From: Octopus sinensis
Lineage: Eukaryota
DNA: 64,000 bases
Reading direction: 5' to 3'
Assembly: GCF_006345805.1 (NCBI RefSeq)
Contig: NC_043002.1
Span: forward strand, 13,578,001-13,642,000
Part shown: positions 52,939 through 64,000 of the stretch, piece after piece
How positions within the stretch are numbered: the stretch's first letter is position 1
How the letters are laid out: every line of letters starts with the position of its first letter
Position numbers and translations under genes: made by a program
The notes under the pieces: generated by a model
Seen by the model: only the letters and a program-made list of their open reading frames with translations
Databases searched by the model: none
What the model was told of the DNA's origin: nothing

Positions 52939-53370
52939 AACGCAGGTGTGGCTCTGTGGTACGTAGCTTGCTGCCCAATCACATGGTTTCGGGTTGAGCC
53001 CCACTGCGTGGCACCTTCGGCAAGTGCCTTCTACTATAGCCTCGGGCCGACCAAAGCCTTGCGAGTAGATTTGTTAGACGGAAACTCAAAGAAGCCTGTC
53101 GTATATATGTATATACATATAAATATATATATGTATGTATGTGTGTGTGTATTTGTGTGTCTGTGTTTATCCCCCGCCCCCAACATCACTTGACAACCGA
53201 TGCTGTGTGTTTACGTCCCCGTAACCTAGCGGTTCGGCAAAAGAGATCGATAGAATAAGTACTAGGCTTACAAAGAATAACTCCTGGGGTCGATTTGCTC
53301 GACTAAAAGGCGGTGCTCCAGCATGGCCACAGTCAAATGACTGAAACAAGTAAAAGAGTAAAAGAGAGTA
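52939..53370 (+). mobile_element. SINE-A, near full length
   Basis: Family head, internal microsatellite and tail. Confidence 0.9.
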
Positions 53371-54209
53371 TATATTTTTAAAAACTCCTCCTATAACTAC
53401 CCAGTCCTTGCCTGCTTTACTCTCCCTTCTCCTCCTCGTCTTCCTACTACTCCTCTGTCTCTGTAACTATGTCTTTTCCTTGTATGTCTGTGTGTTTCTA
53501 TGTTTTAGCGTTCCATTACTCATTGCCTGTCACCAAACTTCGTATGTAAACTCGGCAAAAATATTAACATTCTCTTTTTCCTTCCTTCTTTCTTTCATCT
53601 CCCTGTCTGTTTCTCTCTCTCACACACTCACACATACACATACATACATACACGCAGACACACATACGCTCTCTCTCTCTCTCTCTCGCACCTTCTTTCT
53701 CTTTCTCTCTCTCCTTTACGAAAATATGTGACAAGAGAAATTTATATGTATTTTCAAAACAATGAAGACGAATTTGGTTTCATATTCCTCAAAATGTTTT
53801 CTAAAAATGTTTTAAATGAATTCTCGTTTATTAGTGTTTTAGTTTGACGCTCAGGAAAACGAAAAAAAGTCTTTCACGTTTCGAGAAAGGAAAGAAAAAA
53901 TAAACAGAAAGTAAATGAAAAACATTTGTAGATTTCAGCGGTCCAACATGGCAAAATACACACACACACAGACACACGCGCGCGCACACAAACACACACA
54001 CTCACACACACAGATACACACACACAGACACAAACATACATATGTATATATACATACATGCATATCCATTTGATGGGTTTTGGTAAGCAGTGTCGAGTTT
54101 TACAATTATATAAATAATAATATCGTTTTATAAGCTTAATGCGTGTAAGGTATTACCGTGTAATGACTAAAGAAAATAGTCTAATATTGGGGCACATAAA
54201 CCCGCGACG

Positions 54210-54299
54210 AAAAAAAAAGTAGGGTCTCAGTACGCATGGGACTCGAACCTACAGCTCTTTGATTTCGCGACATGTGTGTTACCGTTACACCAACGTGAA
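54210..54299 (-). pseudogene. Degenerate tRNA-like Pol III unit (tRNA pseudogene or SINE head)
   Basis: A box TGGTGTAACGG, B box GGTTCGAGTCC and a downstream T9 run on the minus strand; acceptor and anticodon stems are broken. Confidence 0.4.
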
Positions 54300-54723
54300 T
54301 CTGGTGTGTTTATATGACTTAGAAGTTCACTTCGCCAAACTAGGTTCTGAGTTCAGTCATACTGCAATGCACATGTTCTCGGTAGGCGTATTCCCACAGG
54401 ATAAAAAAAAAATTTGTTTCTGAAAATTGTCTTTGTTTGACTGGGTTCGTGCCCTGGAAGTTCCATTGGATTTACCACAGGCAAGGAGTACGAACACAGC
54501 AAGAATTAATTTTTGTGCTGCGACGGTGAACTGGAGTACCTGCATTCTTGTGGATCACTTATAGACCAGGATTACCGGAGTGGCGGAATTGTGTTTCCGT
54601 GAATCGAACTGTCTTCCTTCGTTCTTTTCTCTGCTCTGTCTTTCTGTTCTTTTTTTTGTGTTCTTTTTTATTGAACTTTTTATTTGGAATATTTGAACTT
54701 TGTGTTGAACATTTTTTCTTTCT

Positions 54724-54951
54724 TTGTTTTTGCAAGCATGGCAACAAAGAAAAACACTGTACTGGAGTGGGAAATTTTATCCTCCTAAGCAGTGGATAAA
54801 GGACCTTAAAGAGAGAATGGTGGTGTTGAGGACATATTCCAAGTCCCTTGACACCATCACTGTGTTCCCTCAAGTCGATATAGAGAAAGAGTTGGCAGAA
54901 TACCTACAAGGACTTGAAACAACAGGGAGAATCATGTTCCGGAAGTATTAG
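54724..54951 (+). other. Short non-repetitive coding-like frame of unknown origin (possibly a LINE ORF1 start or an exon)
   Basis: Balanced amino-acid composition (KDLKERMVVLRTYSKSLDTITVFPQVDIEKELAEYLQGLE) after a T-rich tract; no family motif recognised. Confidence 0.2.
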
Positions 54952-55467
54952 GAATGATTTCAAAATGTTTCGTTAAAATATGTTAGTCGAGCAAAATACA
55001 ACTTCCACTGATTGAAAAATTCGTGCCTTACCAAACCCCGCTAGTGCTATCTCTTATTACTATTTGCAGAAAAATATATATTGAAATGAATTAGTATATT
55101 ATATAAACACATGTACATAATTACACACACCCATGTATATATTCATTCACACACATACACATATAAGCCTCATACAGAAAACATTCACTGTTTTTATGGA
55201 TAAATATTTACATTTATTTATCAAAGAAAATCCATAACTTTATATAGCCCATCTTCCACCAGTCTTATAGCTTATTTAGAAAGCTGCTGCTTCGTTAATC
55301 AAGAATGCAACTTCGCTATATCTTTGCGATTACAAATTTCACTTGTAAATTTACTGTAAACACACACACGTGCACGCAAGCGCGCATGCACGTTGTCCCT
55401 TTTTTTGTATTACCTAACTGTCTGGATGTCTTGCATTCTTGTCCCTTTTTGTATTTCTTATATATAA

Positions 55468-55632
55468 ATAGGCGCAGGAGTGGCTGCGTGGTAAGTTGCC
55501 TGATTACGAGCCACATGATACCGGCTTCAGTCCCACTGCGTGACACCTTGAGCAAGTGCCTTCTACTATAGCCTCGGGCCGACCAAAGCCTTGTGAGTGT
55601 ATTTGGTAGACGGAAACTGAAAGAAACCTGTC

Positions 55633-55684
<52 letters not shown>

Positions 55685-55914
55685 GTGTGTATATGTTTGC
55701 GTGTCTGTGTTTGTCCCCCCAACATCGCTTGACAACCGATGCTGATGTGTTTACGTCCCCGTAACCTAGCGGTTCGGTAAAAGGAGCCCGATAGAATAAG
55801 TACTAGGCTTACAATGAATAAGTCCTGGGGTCGATTTGCTCGACTAAAGGCGGTGCTTCAGCATGGCCGCAGTCAAATGACTGAAACAAGTAAAGGAGTA
55901 AAGAGTAAGAGTAA
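55468..55914 (+). mobile_element. SINE-A, full length
   Basis: Head to AAGAGT-repeat tail. Confidence 0.92.
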
Positions 55915-56644
55915 ATACATACACGTCTACATATATAACGGAAATAATTTTCTCCACACGAATCACGAAAAGAAATATTAATAAAGTTTAAAACGTACAT
56001 GATGTCTTTTTAAAGATTTATGTAACCGAATAAATTCCTCAATATCATGACGTTCAAAAGTAAATGTTGATGGTAACTCAGATTATACAGTGACATGAAG
56101 AATAGAGGGAAAAGGACAGAGTGCAACTGTGCAGTTTGGCTTCTTTAAAACGGCTCTTTTACGACAACAAAGTGTTCAATACACCAGGATAATTGGCACA
56201 CGCGATTCTAGAACACTGGAGTCGCTATATATTGTATCTCATCAGCCAAAAGCACCCTGACCTTTCAGCCTAAGCCAAGCCATTCATATTTTCAGCGAAC
56301 GAATTCTTTGCTGGTCGGTGCTTATATCTGCCAACCAGTAGAAATCGATATTTGTTCGTTGAAAGTATAAACAGGTTGGTTTAGGCTCAATTTGTCCGTT
56401 AATTTACCAATTCTATTCACTGTTTTGTTTATCTGCATTCATTTCTAATCTTTTGTTGAAATGTTGATAATTTCTCCCTGGATATGCTAATGAGCTACTT
56501 TCTGAATATATCAATTATGTGACGGTTTAAATTATATAAGTTTACCAAGCCATGGCTTATTTAGCTTCCACGTTGTTATCGAACTGTAGGGTTGGTCTTG
56601 TTATAAGTCTGACTCCCTACTTTTATTATAAATCTCGTATCATA

Positions 56645-56860
56645 AGGTAGCGAGCTGGTAGTATCGTTAGCCCGCGGGCAAACCTGCATAGCGGCATTTT
56701 TTCTGATTATATATTCTGAGTTCATATTCAACTGACGTCAACTTTGTCTTTCATCCTTTCGGGGTTGATAAAATAAAGTATTAGCAAGGTACTGGGGTTA
56801 ATGTAATCGGTTAACACCCTCATCCTGAAATTGCTGTTGTGTCAAAATTTGAAACTATTA
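56645..56860 (+). mobile_element. SINE-B, degenerate
   Basis: AAGGTAGCGAGCTGGTAG...TTCTGAGTTCA...CTTTCATCCTTTCGGGGTTGATAAAATAAAGTA. Confidence 0.7.
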
Positions 56861-57449
56861 TTAACCGTGAATCGATGCAAATGTTTGTATCAAAAATCTC
56901 GAAAGAAAAATTTTCTTATGGATAGATAAAAATTCACAAGGCCAAACTAGATAAATTGTCCAATGACTTTGTTTTTAATGTCTTAAAACCACTTGATTTT
57001 GAAACATTTTAAGAAGCTACAGTTAATTGATCTAACCATATAGTAGTTTTAAATCTTTTCTTATTTATGGCGTAAAACCCCATTTAGTGACAATGGCCAT
57101 TTCGATGTGTTCATTGATTAACATTTGGAGTTTGGGAGGAAACTGAATAGTGATCCTTGATTGTAAGTCACAGTCCAAGAGGACCCACCCGGCTTTCGCT
57201 TTCATTAGACTACCTAGTTCCGTTGCTTCGTTGCTTATGGTACTGTGTTTTGCGGTTTGGGGGCTTCTCGTAAATTTTGATAACTTTCGTTAAATGGCAT
57301 TTGTGAGAAGGTATTTCTTTCGTATATGTTCGTAGCGTTATCAGCAACTATATAACTATCAGGAAATACATGGTGCTGAATGTTCTTTGTATGTATGTGT
57401 GTATACATACGTGATATGCTCGTGTGTGCTTGTTTACATACATACAGAA

Positions 57450-57454
57450 TTGAA

Positions 57455-57513
<59 letters not shown>

Positions 57514-57521
57514 TATATATA

Positions 57522-57553
<32 letters not shown>

Positions 57554-57571
57554 GATATGTATGTATGTATG

Positions 57572-57625
<54 letters not shown>

Positions 57626-57865
57626 GAATTAAGAAAAACAAAAGACAAAGACGGTTGTGTAGTTTAACGCTCGAGAAGTGAGAAAGGGTTTTATGTTTCG
57701 AGCCTACGCTCCTCGACAGAAATAAGCACAGAAATAAACAGGGAGAGAAAATAGAAAATATATACATTTGTGTGTATATATATATATATATGTAAACCTA
57801 CACACACATAGACATGCTTATTATATGTATGTATATATATACACACATCTATCTATCTATCTATA

Positions 57866-57905
<40 letters not shown>

Positions 57906-57958
57906 AATCTATTTATATATAATATATATATGTATATATATATGTGTGTGTGTGTGTG

Positions 57959-58015
<57 letters not shown>

Positions 58016-58016
58016 G

Positions 58017-58095
<79 letters not shown>
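57450..58095. repeat. (TA)n/(ATCT)n field containing family P1 copy 3 (57621-57765, -)
   Basis: Minus-strand CTGTCGA-G-GAGC-GTAG-GCTC-GAAA-CATA between TA runs. Confidence 0.8.
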
Positions 58096-58097
<2 letters not shown>

Positions 58098-59498
58098 TAT
58101 GAATACACATATTTAGAAATGCAGTCGCATATTATGATCGGTAATTGCAAGTGGAGGTGTTTGCTGTTCATGTATACACCCTTATATGTATATATATGTT
58201 TGAGAGCAGCTATTGTAATATTGATTAAAGAACTGCCCGTTTAAATATCATAATGGTTCCCAAGGCGAATGCTCTTTTAGCCAATCTCCGAAGAAACACG
58301 CACCCCACCCACAAGCTAACACACACACACACACAAAGACGCACATATACAAACCCGCACATATACAAACACACACATATACAAACATTGTTATTCATAT
58401 TCTTAATTGATCGTCTTCATCATCATGTTCCTCATCCTTAACACCACCAGCACCACCACCACCGCCATCAAACATATGTATATATATATGTATATATATA
58501 TATGTATCATAATTATTTGATGGAATAATCCAAACTTACAGGGAAAAAAATTCAATTTTGAAATACTAACTCAAATTTCACACAATATATAAAAAATTAG
58601 AAAAAAACTACCTTTTATCAATTCAAAATGAACAATTAAATTATATCATCTAGAAAATTACATATAATAGAAATATTAAAATTAAAAGAACAATAAAGTA
58701 CCAATGATTAAGTAAATTGCAAAAAAATAATAAAAAAGTATATAATTGGTAGAATAACAATTGTAAATGACTGGTAAACAGAAAGTGTGCGAAAATGCAT
58801 CTTTTACATAAATACAAGCATACATACATACATAAGTGTGTATGTATGTGTATGGGTGTGCATATATATATATGCTTTCTGTTTAACCAAAGTCATTTAT
58901 AAGGCATTAGTCGACCCGAGAATATAGTAGAAAACACTTGCTCAGTGGATTTGCAGTCCGAACTACGTGGTTGTAAGATAATCTTCTTAACCATGTAACT
59001 ACGCCTGTGCCTTCTTCTCGAAATTTCAACTACAAGTTAACCTTTCATAACATATTTATCTGAACGTATTTTACTTATCTCTTTTCATATTTTCATGTAT
59101 TTCTGATCTATTTATCTATAATTCCCATTTCATTCCTCTGTCGTTTATATTCTTAAGGCTACCCTTTTACATTTAGGTGTAACCTTTTCGCATTTCGATG
59201 ACCATAACGTATTATGTATGTTATTCTCCAAATAGATATATAATTATCAGGAAATATATAGTCCTGGATCGGTTATCGAAGGAAACAAAACCCGTTTTAT
59301 ATGACAAACTTTATCCGCAGATCATATACATATTTATTATCATAAGTTAGAGAATTCTGTTTAAATAACTGCGATTGTAGCATGTTTCTCTGAATAGATA
59401 AATCAAATTTTATCCCTATCAGTCTCTCTCTCCCTATCTCTCTTTTTCTCTCTCTCTCTTTCTCTTTGCCTTTCTATCTATCTATTTTCTATCTATTG

Positions 59499-59570
<72 letters not shown>

Positions 59571-59571
<1 letters not shown>

Positions 59572-59998
59572 AAAAGATGGGTGAATGTAGCAAGGATGGC
59601 ACGTATGAATGACGAAGCCACCTTGACTATGATTCTATGAACCGTAAAAATTAATACAGAGAGTTGCTTATTTGCAAAAAAAAAAAAGAAATATAACATG
59701 TGACTTCATTGACCGAGGTTACGTGTGGTCTTTTCCGTAGGCTTTTCTTTCACGGGTAAACCTCACTGTCCTCCCTTTACACTTCATATTGACATTTCTG
59801 TGATAACGATCCCTATTATTCATTTTTTTTTGCTCCCCCCCTTTTTTTTAACCCCTTCCTTTTTTTGTCCTCTTTCTTTCCTTTTACGATCTCTTTTGAT
59901 CGAAAACCACCACTCCCTTTTTTTTTACCCCCAAAAGAAAAGCTCTACCTTGTAATTTGTTCTATCTGTGTGCAGCCCTGTGTGGCTAATAAAGAAAC
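59571..59998 (+). mobile_element. Tx1/L1-clade LINE, short 3' copy
   Basis: Homologous to 61770-62251 (ORF end, T-rich 3' UTR, AATAAAGAAAC end); 5' junction directly on (ATCT)n. Confidence 0.85.
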
Positions 59999-60052
59999 AT
60001 ATCTTGTTAGCTATTTATCTAGCTAGATAACTAGCTGACTTTCATTCTCTGG

Positions 60053-60083
<31 letters not shown>

Positions 60084-60256
60084 CACAAACACGGACACAT
60101 GTACATACACCGCCACACAATTGTGTGTGCTTATTTCCATTTGTATGAAAGAAGGTAATATTCTGCATATTCAAATAGATATTCAAATAAATATATTTAT
60201 ATATTTGCTCATCTACCTACCTACCTACCTACCTACCTACCTACCTACCTACCTAC

Positions 60257-60342
<86 letters not shown>

Positions 60343-62251
60343 CGTTCGGTCCGTCAGAGATGCCCCCTCTCGTCGCTTCTATACGTATTGACTCTCGAGC
60401 CACTACTGCGGAAGCTGGCAACTTTGAGGTGCATCCCGCGAGAACTGGGATGCGGGACGAGCGTGTCTGCATACGCAGACGACGTCACCGTCATAGTGTC
60501 TAGCCACGAGCACATCGAGCAGGTCGGCGAGACACTGAAAAACTACGAAGCGGTGACAGGAGCGAAAATCAACCGGGAAAAGTCAGTGGGCTTGCGACTA
60601 GGCACCTGGAGAAGCAAGCCCATGCCGTCCACTAGCGCCTCCGTCGTGGGACGCTGGACCGACGGCCCGGTCGAGTTGCTCGGGGTCTGGTTCGGTCCGG
60701 ACCTCCAAGTGGAGAAGAACTGGAACGAGATAACGAGTAGGGTGGTCACTCTCGCCCGGCAAAGGGCCGAGAGGAAACTGTCCCTAAAAGGTCGGGTGGA
60801 GGTGGCGAACACGTACATCGCGTCAGTCATCTACTACCGCCTGACCGTCGTGCCTTGTCCCGACCCTACCATCACCAAACTAGAACCCATTCTCTTTCGC
60901 TTCTTGTGGAAAGGATGCGTCCCGATGGTCAGGCAATCCATTTGCTGTCAACACCCGTTAAAAGGAGGACTGGGCATGCCGTGGTTGATGATGCGCAGAC
61001 ACGCGCTGAGACTGCGACATCTCAGGCTCTTCGTAGACAACGGTGAACAGGTGTGGTCGCCGTTTGTGTGGCACGCTTTCCCGCAGCTCGTCTCCATGAC
61101 CGAACTGCAGTCGTGGATCAAAAAGAGTCCGAGGAAGGACGAATGGCACCGCGAGTGTCGCGTTGCTCTCAAGCAACTCTGCCGTCCTGGGTCGACCTTG
61201 AGTGACATCATCACAACTAAAGCATTCTATAGGGGATTAGTGGAGGGGGGTACGACGACGAGCTCGGGGCGAACCTGGACGTCGACGAGGAGTACCTGAC
61301 CCGCCTATTCGGGACGACTTTCAGGCCAGGGCCCATGGACAACTTCTGGCAGTGCTACCGAGAAGCGCTACCCGTTCGGGATAAGCTCTACAGACACGGC
61401 TCGAGAAACACGGGGCCGACCTGCCCGAGATGCGGCCAGAGCGACGAAACCGTTCTGCACGCACTCGTACAGTGTCCAGTAATTTCCGATCTGTGGGCTT
61501 ATGTCGAACAACTGCTGTCACGTGTGGAACGAGTCGGTTTATCAGCTGAGTCTATCGTCAATATTGTCACGCCTCCTTCCTTCAAACGGGAAGGAAGAGC
61601 TATTTTCATCATCCTTGTGGCTATGGCGAAAGAATGTATCTGGTGGACGCGTCTGAAAGGATTGGAGACAAACACTTTCCTCTCTGGTCAATCTCTCATC
61701 AACTTCTTCAAGTACTACTTGAAAAGGAAAGTGAGAGTAGAGAGGCAAGTTTTGTCTAGCGAATGTTTTAAAAAAAGATGGATGAATGTAGTAATGGATG
61801 TAGTAATGAATGACGAAGCCACCTTGAGCATAATCCTATGAACCCAGAAATTGAAAACAGAGGCTTACCCACTTGCAAACAAATGTGGTAACATAACAAT
61901 ATTGACCAAGGTTACCGTGGTCTTTTTCGTAGGCTTTTCTTCCCACGGATAAACCTTACTTGCTTTCCCGTTTACACCATACATCATGACACTGTGATAC
62001 ACGATCCCTATTGATCGTTTTTTTCCTCTCCCCCTTTTTACCTCTTTTTTCTTCTTTTTTCATTTCTCTTTTCTTTTTCCCCTTTTTTGTTTTTTTTCTC
62101 TTCCTTTTTTTTTCTTTTTTTCTTCTTTTTTGCCTTTTACGATCCCTTTTGATCGAAAACCTACGTAACCTTTTTTTTCTCCCCCAAAAGAAAAGCTCTA
62201 CCTTGTAACTTGTCCCATCTGTGTGCAGCCTTGTGTGGCCAATAAAGAAAC
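60343..62251 (+). mobile_element. Tx1/L1-clade LINE, 5'-truncated ORF2 (RT C-terminal half + CCHC zinc finger) and 3' UTR
   Basis: VRQRCPLSSLLY (cf. VRQGCPLS), AYADDVT, GAKINREKS, LSLKGR, GGLGMP, CPRCGQSDETVLHALVQC. One-base frameshift in the G-run near 61246-61250; stop at 61841; (ATCT)n on both sides. Confidence 0.95.
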
Positions 62252-62340
<89 letters not shown>

Positions 62341-63069
62341 GTCTGTCTATCTATCTATCTCTCTATGTATCTATCCGCCTGTCTCTCTGTCTGTCTGTAA
62401 ACTACATGTTTATTAAATGTTTATATTCTGAGAAATATATAAGTACAAACCTACGGTCAAACACACATTAACAAAAAATAAAAATAAAGTGAAAAAAACA
62501 AAACAAAACAAAACAACAGAAATACGAATAAAGCTAAACGAAAGACAATAGACAAACAGCATCACGTTTTCAAAAATCTCAAATAGTTTATATGTGTCGT
62601 AGAAAATATGCCCTCCACACAATACTAATGATGGAAAAAAAAAAAACTGCAACAACAGCGCCGTCGACATATTGGCTTTTAAAAGTGTGTTTCCCGCCGA
62701 TTCATTGTTTTGCTGTCGTTGTATGTATCTCCGTTATTTCAATGACAGCGAGTCTAATTTCTGCTTATGATATATCTCCTGTCTTCATTGATATGTTAAA
62801 CACTTTTGATTATGTTTTGTGGTAGTGTTTTTGATATCTGGCTTATTTTATTTTATTTTATTTTATTTTATTTTACGTATTTATTTTGTCCGTACTGTGA
62901 TTCATGGGGTTGTTGTTGTAGTAGTTGGTCTTGTTTATAAACAAAATGCTGTTGATGATCAGATTTTTGTGTGTTTTGCTACTTGCAAAACTTGTATTGA
63001 TTATTGTTAGCAGATTTCAAATGATGAAGGAGGTTGGCCTATTAAATGTATTCAGCACTTGGAGAAGCT

Positions 63070-63163
63070 GAAAGTAAATATATATATATATTATATATAT
63101 AAGATATATATATATATAATAATATATATATAATATATCTATAGATAATATATATATATAATG

Positions 63164-63195
<32 letters not shown>

Positions 63196-63510
63196 AGATA
63201 TATATATCTATATATATATGTATATTGTTTGTAGGCATGTATATGTATATATATATGTCTATAATATATGTGTACGTATATGTATTATATATATGTATAT
63301 ACATATATATATATGCATTCATATATATATACACACACACATATATACATATACACATATACATATCTACATATATATATATGTAGATATGTATATGTAT
63401 ATGTATATATATATGTGTATATATATATATGTATGCATATGTATATATATATTGCTATACATATATATATGTGTATATATATGTATGCATTTGTATATAT
63501 ATATATATTG

Positions 63511-63548
<38 letters not shown>

Positions 63549-63831
63549 TATAAATAAGTATATAGGTATATGTATGTATGTGCATATATGTATCTATACA
63601 TACACCCACGCACACATACACACACATACACACACCACACACATATATATATATATGATATGTGTATGGGTGGCTATTTTGAAACAGTACATGCATATGT
63701 ATAAGTATGAGATGTGAACTAGTTTCTGTAGTACTTGTATGAATGGCTCACATGAGGTGCGGCGCAGCTGGTGCATTAATTAAAAGTTATTCATTGCAAA
63801 AAGTGATGTTCTCAGTTGATATAAACATACA

Positions 63832-63897
<66 letters not shown>

Positions 63898-63945
63898 TAA
63901 TATATAGGATATATACATATGTATATATATATGTATGTATGTATA
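63070..63945. repeat. (TA)n-rich microsatellite field
   Basis: Low-complexity TA/CA runs. Confidence 0.9.
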
Positions 63946-64000
63946 TTTACAGCTGGACGAGTCAAAGGAGATTTTTATATGTGGAAATGAAACTTTTATA

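Overview
This is gene-poor, AT-rich animal genomic DNA made almost entirely of microsatellites and transposon debris. I can support no host protein-coding gene. The three abundant tRNA-derived SINE families (called SINE-A, -B and -C here) look like those I associate with Octopus genomes; that assignment is recognition and inference, not a database result. Recognisable coding remnants are a Penelope-like GIY-YIG endonuclease (2581-2975), three different RTE LINE 3' ends, a 1.5-kb CR1-group LINE plus a second fragment, an R4/Dong-type RT remnant, a decayed hAT transposase and two 5'-truncated Tx1/L1-clade copies. There is also one solo LTR, one LTR-like segment and a MITE with an 8-bp TSD. The most interesting signal is a set of at least four small non-coding element families that sit in (TA)n tracts and carry type I hammerhead-ribozyme folds. 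One is a 481-nt unit with direct and inverted terminal repeats, and two diverged copies of another keep the catalytic core with compensatory stem changes. They look like non-autonomous Penelope-type or retrozyme-like elements. Other notable observations: apparent microsatellite-specific targeting (Tx1 into (ATCT)n, an unclassified element into (AAT)n, many elements stacked in the (TA)n carried inside SINE-A); a 3' tail architecture shared by the CR1 LINE and SINE-A; a 5'-inverted RTE copy; and several local templated or inverted duplications. Boundaries of old elements are approximate (tens of bp). All folds and alignments were done by eye.
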